Shown in pieces: positions 38,601-50,815 of a DNA stretch of 64,000 nt; the first letter of the stretch is position 1; every line of letters begins with the position of its first letter. The position numbers and the translations under genes are program-made. Location: positions 1-64,000 of the forward strand of contig MU271371.1 of NCBI GenBank assembly GCA_021432655.1. The letters are read 5' to 3'. Origin of the DNA: Atractiella rhizophila (taxonomy: Eukaryota). The notes beneath the pieces were generated by a model, which did no database searches, was not told where the DNA came from, and saw only the letters and a list, made by a program, of their open reading frames with translations.

Positions 38601-41600
38601 TTGGCACGCTTGCACTACCTCTCTTCTTGGATAAAATCCAAGGGGGTTCCGAAAGGGCAAGAAAGCAAACGATGGAGGCGCTGATCGATTGTTTCCCTGT
38701 CTACGGAAAAGCGGCGGTTCAGAACCTTGCAGATGCTTTATGGGAGACACTCAATGTGGAGGTATACACATTACCTATCCTTCCCCATACGTCTAAATAC
38801 TTTCGTAGATTTTCCACGCGACGGATGCAACCTTGGAAGCATTGGCACAAGACACGTTACGATCATTGCTGAAGACGCTTTATCCGCCGACTTTAGTGGA
38901 TAAGAATGTAGATATGGACCTTGAGGATATATCAGAACGGTCGACGCGTGGAGAGATCACCGGCATCGCCGTTCGAATTTGCAGCGTATGCTTGTCAGAG
39001 CTCGAAGAGCCAGAGAAGAGCAAAGCGAAGCAGGCGACAAGCATCTTGGGGATATGTTTCTCCACTGAAGGTCTGTTCTTCTTGATCACATGTACATTAT
39101 CCAACCTGGCTCTTATAGCTGAACTTGCAATCTATGCGATCAATCGCACCTTTCCACAGCTGATGCGCCAATATCGGTCAACTCAGAAGGTCGCCAACCT
39201 TCTCGTCATATCCTCCCTCTTGCGACATCTTCAGGCTTTGCCTCCGGATCAAATTACACCCAGAGTGGTAGAAGCGCTGGCTGTCTTCAAAGATGACGCA
39301 TTGGCTACTTTCGTCACCGCTTCACGCTCTCAAATTGAAGGAGTACGAGGAATAAGAGAGATCCTTCTGCTAGAGAAGGCAATCAAACTTGCTGGACATA
39401 CTTCCCTTCCTGCTGAGGACTCGACCTATGGAATAGAGGCGCTGGGACATATCGTGCTCGAGGATGGAATCAGACCTGAAGGAACGCCGGACAATTGGGA
39501 TCTTGTCAAGTGAGCACAATGGCTTTGCAGCAGATGTCACTTATCTTTTTGCGTCATAGCGAATCAGTGAAGGCATTGGTGGATCTGTCTGATTACTTAC
39601 CCAAAATCATCGATTCCGTCGTCGTGTCGAAGCTTTACGTGGTTTTGCCTGCGGCTGCCTCAGACCCAACAGCGCTGAACTATCGATACGCACTGTCTTT
39701 CCTTTCTCGCCTCTGCCTACCATCGGATCTCTTTGAGAGCTTCGCCCTGCGTCTCGTTTCGCGGTTCGAAAGCCTGCGAGCACATTCGGACGAGTGGAGT
39801 GTCACTTACGCGCATCACCTTCTATCAACTTTGTTGGCGGTGATGCAGGAAAAGGTGCGACGGAAGACGCGACAAGATCTCTCACTGGGAGGGAAGAGAA
39901 TTATCGACCGTCTGATGAGGTGCTTCCTTACATTTGGCGATACAGACGAGAGAAGCGTCATGGCGAATGAGCTAGTGCTAACTGACGCTGGAAAAATTTG
40001 CACAGTGCTCATGCAAAGCTTAGAACAGCGGTATGATTTTCTCGAGCTATATTCCAGTCATTGATCAAAGTTGTACTCATAGGGAACAAGAGGAGCTAAT
40101 TCAGCAGTTAAACTCTATGTTTTTAGACGGGAAGCTTCCAAACTTTTCGTCGGAATCTGAAGAACTCGTTTCTTTTCGCCCGTTCAACGTAAGTTCTTCC
40201 CATTTCATAACACCTTCTTGCTAATTCAGGACAGCAGTTCGATGCCCCTCGGTCCCACCGAAAGAGCCTTATACTTTATGCGAGTGTGTTCATAGCTCTT
40301 CGACCAGAGGTACTTCGTCCGCACTATTTTGCGTTGAACTTACATCTCGCAGATCAAAGGGCGGATACCAGAACTAAATCTCGTTATTGCCAGTGTTACA
40401 AGAACCACTCTCCCTGTCGAGTACGCAGCTTTGTCGAAACTTCTGTGTTCCATTCTGAACAAGCATTCCAACGGTAAGTCCATGCATCGTGATATCATAA
40501 ACCGACCGTTTTGTCAGAGGCGACAGTGGCCCAATTTTTGCAAAGCACCATGCCGGCGTTATGGGAAGAGAAAGTCCAGGTAGCAACAATCCCAATGCAA
40601 CAGAGAACAAGATGCATTGATGTGTGGGCGCTTGTACGCACGGCACCTGTTTCGACCCTCAGCTGATATTGTATAGGTTTCTCGCTCACAAGTCTTTGCT
40701 GGAATTGCTACGGGGTTCAACTTCTCACTGCGCCTGCTGGGTCTCTTCCAAGATGAAGAGGTGGGAGAGACCGCGGCGAAATCTCTCGGAGAAGTGCTCG
40801 ACGACAAAGAGAGTGTGTTGACAAAAGAGAATTTCGCCAACCTGAAGGTGAGCTCCGTTCTATCCCTATTCAATCTTAACACATGCTTCAGCTCCTCTAT
40901 ACCCAACGCTTTTTCGGCATGGTCATCCCAAAGCTCGTGGAAGGATACAAGTCCTCTCGTTTGTCGCACCTGACTCAGTTTATCCTATCTCTGATTGAAT
41001 TGAGGTAGAGGCCTTCCGCTCTAACTACCTTATAGCGTTGTGCTCTGTCCTTCCGCACATGCCACCACGGCAACGTATCTCTTCTTTGCCCACGGTATAG
41101 TTCTACACTCCATCTCCTCCACCTCCTCACCGAGATATTTAGTTACTCCCACTCCTTCTCTCCGCCTTGGACCTTCCACACCCGTCGCTCCGAGCTGGTG
41201 TCCTCTCAGCTTTGATGGACGTAGCAACTGAATCTCCATCCTCTCTCGAACCTCACGCGCATAAGCTCGCTGACAGCGCTTTGAAGATAGCGACGGCCTC
41301 AGGCGTACCACCTTCGAAACCAGTTTGTTCCTTACCTCTTTGCTTTTGTACACTCTTTAAGCATGGTTTGAGCAGGAGGCACGCACCGAGGCCTTGAAGT
41401 TGTTAACCGTATTCCCAAAAACCATGCGATACGAGTTGTTACATTCATTCAAACCCGTACTGCTGAAAAGCCTCGGACAGGTTGTGGGGGACAAGAGCAA
41501 GACGGTCAGAAAGACCGCCGTGGAATGTCGCGGTGCCTGGTGCGTCTGTTTCTTTGGCTTCCTTTGCAACGTTAATCTCGATGTTGGAAATAGGTATAGA

Positions 41601-41612
41601 TTCTCAGCGTAG
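35670..41612 (+). CDS. MMS19: MMS19/Met18, cytosolic Fe-S assembly targeting factor (HEAT repeats), multi-exon
   Basis: GEKDPRNLL, LFDITFCYFPITFTPPKDDPYGIT, and C-terminal VGDKSKTVRKTAVECRGAW. First intron 36119-38071 includes the internal duplication. Confidence 0.92.
35885..38044. repeat. tandem duplication 2: 35885-36964 / 36965-38044 (1080 bp, apparently identical)
   Basis: Line-by-line identity at offset 1080. Covers the 3' half of MMS19 exon 1 and most of intron 1. Confidence 0.97.
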
Positions 41613-41769
41613 ACTGAAATAGCGTGTCACGATATAAAACAGTTTCTATTGTTCCACTGTGATAAATACAATGTTAGTACATTAAACGTTCGCTTTCCCA
41701 GATCTTGTTCTTCATTCAAATGTCTCAGCCGCGTTCCCAGATGTGGGAGAGGGAGATGGACTGTGACGT

Positions 41770-42210
41770 TGCTGGTGCACGATCATTGTGCCCGAATCCA
41801 AGGAAAATGGTCTCTGCAAATGTTGACGTCTCTTATTATCTACCTTCTGCTTGCACTCGATTTCCTCATACTGAAGCTCAACTTATGCAGACAGGTCCAG
41901 GTTCACAAAAGCGAGGGAGAAGTTTCAAACAGTTACCATCTTGCTGAAAGATTGCACTCTTGGGACAGGGACCACCGCCGATACCATCTAAGAAAGGCGA
42001 AGAAGCTCTGTAATACTGGGATCATGACGATGAGCTCATGCGTTTTCGGATCCTGGCATCCAGCACACTTACTTGAGGATGGAGGATCGCTTCAAAGATC
42101 AAGAATGCAGAGATCTGTTTCTCAATGTCATGAGAAGTGTCTTGACATGGGATCCTTAAGAGTGCCCACCGCTTCTGAGCAGAGCATTATTCTGCTGCCT
42201 GGCTCATTAC
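41770..42210 (+). pseudogene. SRPK/CMGC-like protein kinase pseudogene fragment
   Basis: Across frameshifts and stops it reads YLLLALDFL-(fs)-TEAQLMQT, YHLAE-(fs)-IALLGQGPPP..*YWD, and DLFLNVMRSVLTWDP*E..TASE. Confidence 0.65.
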
Positions 42211-42356
42211 TCCATGGTCAAGAGAATTGAAGCTCAAGTGAGGGACTCTCAATAACTCTGCTTCTGTTAAGTAACATTATCTGTTGATTCACAGCTTTCT
42301 GTGAGCATGGTGTGGTATTTTCGACTTTCCGCGATATGATAGAATACAATGTAAAA

Positions 42357-43894
42357 TTACACGTCTTTTTCTTCCCCAATCTTGCCCTTTCATTAGCTGC
42401 GTTACAACCGAGAAGGGGGGAAACAGACCTTCCCCTCTTTGATATATTCACCCTGTAACTCTTTACAAACTACAAAGAGAGCATCATTTATCAGTCCACT
42501 ATGCACTATTTTTAAAGGGGCAACCGAACGTACCTTCGGCGCCTAACTCTCTAAGCCTCTCCTCATCTTTTCCGATCAAACTGACATCCACCCCGTTATT
42601 CATCTTTGGATAACTCCCCACTCTCACCCCTTCCTTCTTTACCCTCTCTTGTAATTGGGTGAGGAAGGGAGCAATGCTGCTTTCAGGAAGCCTGAAACAT
42701 TGTGGGTTAGGAAAGTAATTGACGGGAGTAGTAAGCAGGACGCACGCGGTGTGTATAAGGTGTCGGAAGGGCTTTTCGCTTGCTGGCGGGAGGGGAAGAT
42801 AGTTGGTTAGGCCGATGAGGAGCTGTTGGAAGAGCTGTTCCCCCCAGCCAATATATCAACCGCTTTTGGCATGAAACTGCTCCAGACATCTTACTCGAGG
42901 CACCCCAGGGAGCATGCACACTTTTCCCTTTACTCTCACGACGGGAACCCAGAGTTCCTGCACATATTACAATGAACAATCTTCAGTACTCGCCAACACA
43001 TCTGTACGGAAAAAGATTGACTGACAGGGTCGACGCTTAGCACCTCTGCTCCCTCTGGAAAGAACGCCATCCTCAGCCTGGCTGTCTTTTGTTCCTGGGT
43101 TTGAGACGCAAAGTTGTACCGAGCAGAACCCATGATTTCCATTCTCTTGATCGTTTCGTCGTGGTACACTAGTTTGCCATCATCGGAGAAGGCGCGAGCG
43201 ACGGATTGGTATGTTATATCTGAGCAATCGTCATCCAACCGAACGTGTGGACTTGTGGGAAGGGTGATGTGGACGGACCATCATGTGTTGGCCCTACACC
43301 TAATTGGCACGAGATATGGTCATTAGAGAAGGGAGTGGGTTTGGAGGCGGAAGAACACACCCCCAGAAGTGATCACTAGGTCGTATTTCGACGACATTTG
43401 CCGTACAGCGTCGACGATATCCTCCTCCTCATCGGGTATGACCTCGAGCCGTTTCAGCTGAATTCCAAGGTCGAATAGATGTTTCTAACCATTGAATGAG
43501 GTTCCCGCATTATTATCAAGTGGAGCATGAAATTGAGCAGCACACCGCTAAGAAGTTGCCATTAGTGTCGCGGGTTTTCCCTTTTCTTCCTCTCAGCAGG
43601 CAGGAGAGAGTTTACGAATGGCTTCTCACCATTCAGGACCTAGAGACGACATCAGAAACGGTATGTAGGGCAATTCTAGGAAGAAGAAGGACGCACCTCA
43701 TCACCGATGATCAAGCATGCTGCAGTCTCGATCCACTTGCCTTTTCCCAACGGAGCATTGTGGGCTGCAACAGCAGAAAGCGGCCAGTTGTACTTGACTT
43801 CCTCAGGCATAGTTTTTGTGCTTGAAAGCTGACGGAGACTTGAGTGAGCAAGAGTCTGCCTTCCCAACTGGATTAGGTAACTTCGTTGCATCAT
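42357..43894 (-). CDS. molybdopterin-binding (MoCF/CinA-like) protein, FAD pyrophosphatase Fpy1-like
   Basis: AACLIIGDE/VLNG/KTRDTN, VITSGG/VGPTHD/DITY, LWVPVV..LPGVPR/LF, and VRVGSYP. Many small exons; 3' end approximate. Confidence 0.85.
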
Positions 43895-43987
43895 GGCAAA
43901 GGTTAATGGATGGGGGCAACATGAATGAAAGCAGAAAGCAAAACGAATAAACTTATAAAGGCATTGAAGCACCTTTTCACATGTTCT

Positions 43988-44070
43988 GGTCGCTTATTTC
44001 AGTTGGTTAGAATGTGGACCTAATAAAAGTTCACAGTCCAAGGTCGGCGGTTCGAGCCCGCCAGTGACCA
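43988..44070 (+). tRNA. tRNA-Ile(AAT) with 9-nt intron (AAAGTTCAC)
   Basis: Acceptor stem GGTCGCT/AGTGACC, anticodon arm TGGAC-CTAATA[intron]A-GTCCA, T arm GGCGG-TTCGAGC-CCGCC, and a downstream T-run. Confidence 0.92.
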
Positions 44071-44143
44071 TTCTTTTGCTATTTCTTTATCTGTACTTTT
44101 TCTCTTTTGCTCATAAAGGTCAAGAAACTTAACTTCACTTCAT

Positions 44144-44226
44144 GGTCGCTTATTTCAGTTGGTTAGAATGTGGACCTAATAAAAGTCTACAGTCCAAGGT
44201 CGGCGGTTCGAGCCCGCCAGTGACCA
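44144..44226 (+). tRNA. tRNA-Ile(AAT) with 9-nt intron (AAAGTCTAC)
   Basis: Mature sequence identical to the upstream copy. Followed by a TTTATTTTT Pol III terminator. Confidence 0.92.
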
Positions 44227-44743
44227 TTTATTTTTGCCTCGTTCATCCCTCCTATGTCCTTCTGCATCCCGTGCTTTCCTGTTCCCTTGCTTGAACTTTC
44301 TAGTCTTCATTTATGTCGTGTCCAACAACTTGGACTAGCTTTCACTAAATGCAAATGTGTCTCACGCCTTAATGCAAAGTTTGGACAATTATGCCAAGTG
44401 CCATATTTCGAGGCCTGGTTGAATCATTCTTGATTGATTTCACAAGCAAAGGATCGCGGCGGAAAAGACAGGCATGGATGAGTTCGGCCCACGTGGAAGG
44501 AATATTATAATGAAACTCTTTATCGTCCGGCTTCGCAGCCTCCAACAACAACTTGACACTCCGATCAAGCTATGCAGGACTCACCAAGCGACAGTGTGGA
44601 TCAACTTTCCGGTATCAAAACCTTCGTTCCTCCAAGCCTTGGCTTTTTCCCCTTTTCGTTCAGCGGTTAAGCAAGCGACGACTTGGAGGTGGAGTGGGAG
44701 CTGATTTCCAATGGCTCCCTCCCGCGCAAGATGTAGAAGACTC

Positions 44744-46599
44744 ATGGTGCCGTGGGAGATCCTTGTGTTGTCGCTTTGGGCTAGACAGACGATGGCGCAG
44801 GTAACTGACGCTGTTTGCCTTCCCAGCTTCTCTTGGTCTTTCAACAACTTTTCCCAGTTCGTCCTACACACCTTATCATCGGTCCATATGGATATTGCTC
44901 ATTCTTTGCCTATAGGTCTCCTTGCGTCGTGTTCTCTACCATTGTCGCTTCTTGCATCAGCTCCCCTGTTAATGTGGCTGCTCTCAACCCTGGGAATCTG
45001 TATCCAGTGAGCCCTTACTCTCTTCCCTCCAAGCTATGGATTGACCGAGATGTATCACAGGGTGGGTAAGCTTGTTCATCCGAGAGACTTGCTGAAAGCA
45101 TCCGAAGGAGCAACGAGCACGGATCCCAGCGCTTTTGGGCTCAATCGGTGCCTGTGCGTCGTCCCATTCCTATGTTGTGTAATAAGGAGCTTATGAATGG
45201 TACAGATGCAGGTAACTTCCAAGTGTTATCCGTGGTTCGAGGAGACGCTGACAAAGAAGTAGCTCAACGCTCTACAACATAATCTCTGCCTGCTCAGACT
45301 GTCAGGACCGACCATTCACCTCCTTCGCCAGCTTCACCCAAAATTGTAATTATGTGTGTCCTCCCTCTCCCACTCCCTCTCTCTCTCTGACCCCAGTAAT
45401 GGATATTTAGAGTTTTACCGGCGAGTGCGTCTGCTTTTTGCAAGTTTTCCTTCATCATAGCTCACACTCAATGAAGTTTCCTCGGTCCACGTCTCAATCT
45501 CCCCATCCCAGTCCCTCCCACTACAAGTATTCCTCCATGGGCATTTCAAGACTTCCGTCACGGGACATGGGATGAATCGCTTTCATTCATCAACGCTACG
45601 CTCACCGCTCAAATGGCTACTATGTCTTCCGACTCTCCTCTCCCACCTCCCACAGCATCCTCGACATCTCTCCCTCCATCCAGCGGTGGCGGCCTCTCTG
45701 GAGGCACGATCGCCGGCATTGCCCTCGGAGCTACAGCTACCGCGATTGGCATTCTAATCCTCTTTATACTTCTGCATCGGCGGAGACACAGAATGGGGGG
45801 ACTAAGAGAGTCTTGGAATCGATGGAGTGATCGGTGGAGTGGTGGGAGGCCAAGACCGACAGCACAGGATGCAGAGGATGTGGTGGATGACCTGTTGGGG
45901 TCGAGGAGAAACGGAAGTGGAGGTGGAGGAGGGAGAAGCCCGTACGGGCGTGGGAGGGAGGAGATGAGGCAAGTGCAGCCAGGATTGCCAACAACAACCG
46001 TCTCGCCTTCAGCCTCAGGTTTCTTCCACACTTCCCCACCCCCAGATTCATCCACCTTCCGTTCTCCCCCTCCGTTTAATCAATATCGACTACAAGCATC
46101 TCCTCCGTCGTCGTATCAGATCCCACGCCCACCTCCGAATCCAAATATGCCCCCTCCCGTCATCATGGTCACAAACACTCCTCCACCAAGACAACATGAC
46201 AGTGTGACGCCGGTCGACACCGATACGACGGATGTGGTTTCGTACTATTCTGACGAAGACACGCCAATGCGGTCGGCGCGTCCCAGCATCTACTCGAATG
46301 AGGGAGGGGAGCGATCATGGGAGGCGTTCCAATACCCTGACATGCCATCTCCTCGCCTCGATCCACGTCCCCCAATAACTTTACCGGCACAGCGAGGTCG
46401 CAATCCGATGCCTGATGTACCTGAGGAAGTGTCGGAGCGCACAAGTTTCATTACGCAGACGAGTATGGAGACGAATTGGGGGAGTGGGGATGAGAGGGAG
46501 GGGCAGGGAGGAGATAGGGAGGCCGCTAGGTTGAGGTTACAAGGTGTCAGTGAACCGAGGTTGAGAGCTAATCAGTTCCCTACGCCACCGAGGCGTTAG
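44744..46599 (+). CDS. single-pass membrane protein: signal peptide, Cys-rich ectodomain, Ser/Thr/Pro stalk, Pro-rich tail
   Basis: Signal MVPWEILVLSLWARQTMA, then CLPSFSWSFNNFSQ/SPC, ISACSDCQ, IPPWAFQD, and TM GTIAGIALGATATAIGILILFILL followed by HRRRHR. Confidence 0.72.
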
Positions 46600-46725
46600 T
46601 AAAGTGTGCACTTCCTCGAGACTGAAGGAAGGGGAAAGAGTGTGTATTTGATTCGTTTTTGCTCAAATAACTTGGATAATGGTTTTATTGACATTTTGAT
46701 GTTGTGTTTCACGATTTATACCCTC

Positions 46726-47718
46726 TTCTATTTACCGACTGTGCATGGTGTGCTTCAGTTGATCAATGAAGTTAATGCTCGCTGTCCTTTCATCCATAGG
46801 CACTTCAAGCATCATGTTGCAGGCAACATTCCGGTCAGCAACATGAGTATATCCAATCCCTTCCAAATCTCGCTCGCTGAAAGAAACTCATTGACCATTG
46901 CCAAATGAATGTCCAAGTTTCAATGCTGCGTGAAAACATCTGAGTCCGCAAAACAAAAAGTTTGGAAAATGAGGAGGTGCACCATGTCTCCTTGTAACCA
47001 CCTGAAAAGTCTATTGCACGACCTGAAGAGCTAACTCGTCGACAAAAGGTGCAAGAATCCTTCGGTTCAGATGGCAGAAGGATATGGAAGTGACCTGATC
47101 ATAATCACTAAGGCGAGTATAACAAACTGTCAGAACACCTCGATCTCCCTCGACATTTCCTGTCCTTTCACTCGTACACCTCTTTTCCTTGGACAGAGAT
47201 CCTGTTTCCAACGTCACAATTCTATTTACCGACTGTGCATGGTGTGCTTCAGTTGATCAATGAAGTTAATGCTCGCTGTCCTTTCATCCATAGGCACTTC
47301 AGGCAGCATGTTGCAGGCAACATTCCGGTTAGCAACACAAGTATATTCAATCCCTTCCAAATCTCTTCCCTCGCTCGCTGAAAGAAACTCATTAACCATT
47401 GCCAAATGAATGTCATAGTTTCAATGCCGCGTGAAAACATCCGAGTCTGCAAAACAGAAAGTTTGTAAAATAAGGGGGTGCACCATGTCTCCTTGTAACC
47501 ACCCTGAAAGTCTATTGCAAGAGCTGAAGAGCTAACTCGCCGACAAAAGGTGCAAGAATCCTTCGGTTCAAATGGTAGAAGGATATAGCAGTGACCTGAT
47601 CATAGTCACTAAGGCGAGTATAACAAACTGTCAGAACACCTCGATCTCCCTCGACATTTCCTGTCCTTTCACCCGTACACCTCTTTTCCTTGGACAGAGA
47701 TCCTGTTTCCAACGTCAC
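46726..47718. repeat. tandem duplication 3: 46726-47217 / 47220-47718 (RAD7 last exon + 3' UTR)
   Basis: Most diverged pair, with several substitutions and indels in the UTR part. An extra AA sits at the junction. Confidence 0.93.
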
Positions 47719-49788
47719 CTTCATGTGTCTGAGGAGGAGGATGTACTAACAGTAACACGATTGCATCCGTATACCTTGACTAGCTTCAAATTCTTGAGGT
47801 TCTCCAACAAAGCCTTGAGGAGATAATCATCGGTACTCCTCACGAAAGAAAGATCCAAAAACTCAATGAACCCGCATCCTCCCTGCGCTTCCGTTTCGCT
47901 GCCCCCAACAATCCTATTCAAGTCCTCCTCCTTCAAATCATCCAAGGAATTCAAGTTCAACCTCGTTAAGGTGGCCCCAGAATGCTTGATCAATGCCGCG
48001 AATGCAGCAGATCCAAAACTGATGCAGCGCGACACATCTAGCTCTACCAGTCCTTTGTTCGACTCCCAATTCTCAAAAAGAGCGGTAAAGCCTTCGTCAG
48101 TCAACTCAACGACGTGGTTGAGGTCGAGAAAACGGAGCGACCCGCAATTCGACCCTATAGCAGCAAGCACCTCGTCCGTTAAATGTTGATTGTATCCAAG
48201 GTTGAGATGCTCGAGTCCACCGCCTATACTTTGAAGAAGAGAGACGACAGCCTCAGTTGAGATGCCGCCATCGTAACCAGTCTGGTATCGCCCTGACTTG
48301 GAGAGGTCCAAGCTGACGAGACTTTGAAGCGCTTCCAGCTCAAAGACACAATCGTCATCCATCTTTGTGAGCTCCGACAGGCAGACGGTAGAAACGTTGG
48401 GGCATAAAGAACATAGTGCCTTTACAGATTCTATTCCGAAGCCTGTGTTCACAACGACTGAGCATGAGAGCGATTCATTCTAGAAGAGGAGAACGTACGA
48501 GCGGAACCACGAAGCATAAAAGTTTGCAAATCCTCTCCCTTCGCAGTGAAAAACTCCTTCCAACATGGCTCCGTGATCAAATGTGCCCCATAGAGATTAA
48601 GATGCACAAGCTGCGGCAGTTTGTTGATAAAAAGACGGAGGGTGTCATCGTTGAGTTGACCGCACATGTTCAGAGTGAGGGATCTGAGGTGAGGCGAGAA
48701 CGCGGGAATAAGGGAAAGGGAATCAGGCGGGAGACCTTTTCAAGTGCCATTTAAGTGAATCAGTGCAATTAAGAAATAGGAGACGCGCACTTGTGCAGTC
48801 GTATATTGACAAGGTCTTGTGTTGAGGATCCAAAAACAGCTTCAGAACGTCATGTGTCATCCTTCGATGCTTGCAGACGATTTTGCAAATGTTGTCCATG
48901 TTGACAGAACCAATATTTCCAAGCATATCGACATTGTTGATGTTGTCTGCGACAATCTGTGAAAAGAAGCAAGGGTGATTAATATCTGCCTTCGATTGTT
49001 TGCTAATCGTATGAGCTTACCTTGATGCAACATTCCTGTAAAGATCTGACTCTCCGTTCCTCCCTCTCCTCTCCCCGCTTCCCAATTTTTGCCTTCTTTC
49101 TTGCTTTCGGCTTTAGCAGAGGTGTGCTAGCTCCTACCTTCGCGCTTGCCTTACTTTCTGCTCCACATTGAGGACATAGGAGAGCTCCTGAAGGATCAGA
49201 AATGGTGTATTTTGTGACAGTGAACTTCCTAAGCTCACAAAGTCACATTTCCAATTTATCCATGATAAGAAAATTGTGCAAAAAGAGAAGACGCACTTTC
49301 CACATTCTCCACACATGCTAAAACTTCCCGGCGTGCGATCCGCATACCTAGCAGGTTTAGGAACGAACTCTGCGTCGTCATCTTCAGACTCCTCTTCCTT
49401 TTTCTTCTTTTTCGACGCCTTTGCTCGACCAGCCCCCGCCGCTTTTCGTTTTTTGCTCTTTACAGGCGCTTCTTCTTCTTCTTCTTCTTCCTTCTCTTCC
49501 TCTTCCTTCTCTTCCTCCTCTTCGACTACGTCCATAGGAACAGGCGCTGAAGCATCGGACGTCGAGGCGGCGGGAGCAGTTGAGGTCGATGCATCTGGGG
49601 GAGCATTAGGATCCACAGCTCGTGAATTGCGAGCGTAAGGGTTTCGCGGAGCGGTGATGCCATGCTCGCGCAAGAACGAGGTCAGAGCGGACGTAGGTCC
49701 CCTGCATTCAACTCTCGACCAAATTCACACCGAAAGAGATGACATACGACACTTGACCGCCTTGAGTGTTGTATCTCCTACGCGACAT
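47631..49788 (-). CDS. RAD7: Rad7/Rhp7 nucleotide-excision-repair LRR protein
   Basis: N-terminal RGPTSALTSFLREHGI, CGECGK zinc-finger-like motif, VRSLQECCIK, AMN1-type LRRs, and C-terminal YGCNRVT/DLCPRKRGVRVKG. Confidence 0.9.
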
Positions 49789-49871
49789 CTTCCTACTTCC
49801 TTTGTTAGTTGTTCTTCGTGCAAATGAAGGTTATATGTGGTTATATGACTTTCTCGTTCGCGGTTGGCGGT

Positions 49872-49883
49872 TTAGGGTTAGGG
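49872..49883. promoter_or_regulatory. TTAGGGTTAGGG telobox-type site in the RAD7/bZIP divergent promoter
   Basis: Two telomeric hexamers within the 229-bp intergenic region between divergent start codons. Confidence 0.4.
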
Positions 49884-50017
49884 CTGGTCGTCCCCGGAAT
49901 TTTTGTTCCCGTCAGAAAATCAGCGATTATCAAATTCTGCATTAGCGATTGCCTTTTGTCGTTCTATCCTAGAAACACCACCGAAACAGCACCTGGCGAG
50001 ATTATTTTATCGGTGTC

Positions 50018-50815
50018 ATGGGCAAGCGAGGACGGAAGCTCGACACGACTACCCCAACGACCAAGTCCCGGGAGATTCAACGGGCTTTCCGAGCGAGAAG
50101 GGCGGCTCATATGGAGGGATTGGAGAACAAAGTGAAGGAGCTCGAGGCTGAAAACAAGATGCTGAGGGAACGACTGTCGCAGTATACCACCGACATTCCT
50201 CCTCCTGTTTCGACGGTTATTACCCCTGTGACGCCAAGCTCGAGTGGTGGAGGAACAAATGGGAATGGCGGAGGAAACCATCAGGAGGTGCATCAAGCTG
50301 CAATGGTCATGAATCAATGGCAATATAGTACGGCGGGACCTTCGAGTTCAGCCATGCGAGGGGAAGGAGGAGGAGAAGGCGGGGGTCATTTCAACGCTTC
50401 ATACGCCGGGCCTTCCAGTTCCACACGTTCAGAAGCAGCCCACCCCCGTCATCATACCGCCTACTATCCTCCTGACGCCGCCGGCCCGAGCCATCCTCAA
50501 CCTCTTCACCATCAACCGAAACAACAATATCTCCCCGAATTTGCAGAGCTGCGCACCCTTTACTCCCCATCCTCCGTTCGCGATGATCCTCCTCTCGACC
50601 CTTTCATCGTCCAGCAAGCCTACGATGCCGTCCGCCCACAAGCTACGACACAAAAACCGGTTCATTCCACTGATTTACCAGTGTTGAAACAAGAAACGGA
50701 CACGTCAATGAACGGCCTCCCTCCTAACGCTGCGGCGAACAGAGAGAGGGATTCGGATGACGAGGATATTTCGGTGGATCAACACCTCCAATCCAATGAC
50801 GAACCTTCCAATTAA
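50018..50815 (+). CDS. bZIP transcription factor
   Basis: Basic region SREIQRAFRARR followed by heptad zipper MEGLENKVKELEAENKMLRERL. Confidence 0.85.
   Translation: MGKRGRKLDTTTPTTKSREIQRAFRARRAAHMEGLENKVKELEAENKMLRERLSQYTTDIPPPVSTVITPVTPSSSGGGTNGNGGGNHQEVHQAAMVMNQWQYSTAGPSSSAMRGEGGGEGGGHFNASYAGPSSSTRSEAAHPRHHTAYYPPDAAGPSHPQPLHHQPKQQYLPEFAELRTLYSPSSVRDDPPLDPFIVQQAYDAVRPQATTQKPVHSTDLPVLKQETDTSMNGLPPNAAANRERDSDDEDISVDQHLQSNDEPSN

Noticed and set aside
41649..42230. 193-aa ORF as an intact gene
   Set aside because: The kinase-like motifs switch frames across it, so it is treated as a pseudogene.
49450..49525. (TTC/TCC)n simple repeat
   Set aside because: It encodes the acidic Glu-rich linker of Rad7 on the minus strand.
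49869..49883. CCCTAACCCTAA on the minus strand as a telomerase RNA template or telomere
   Set aside because: Only two repeats, inside a short divergent promoter with no room or other TER elements visible.
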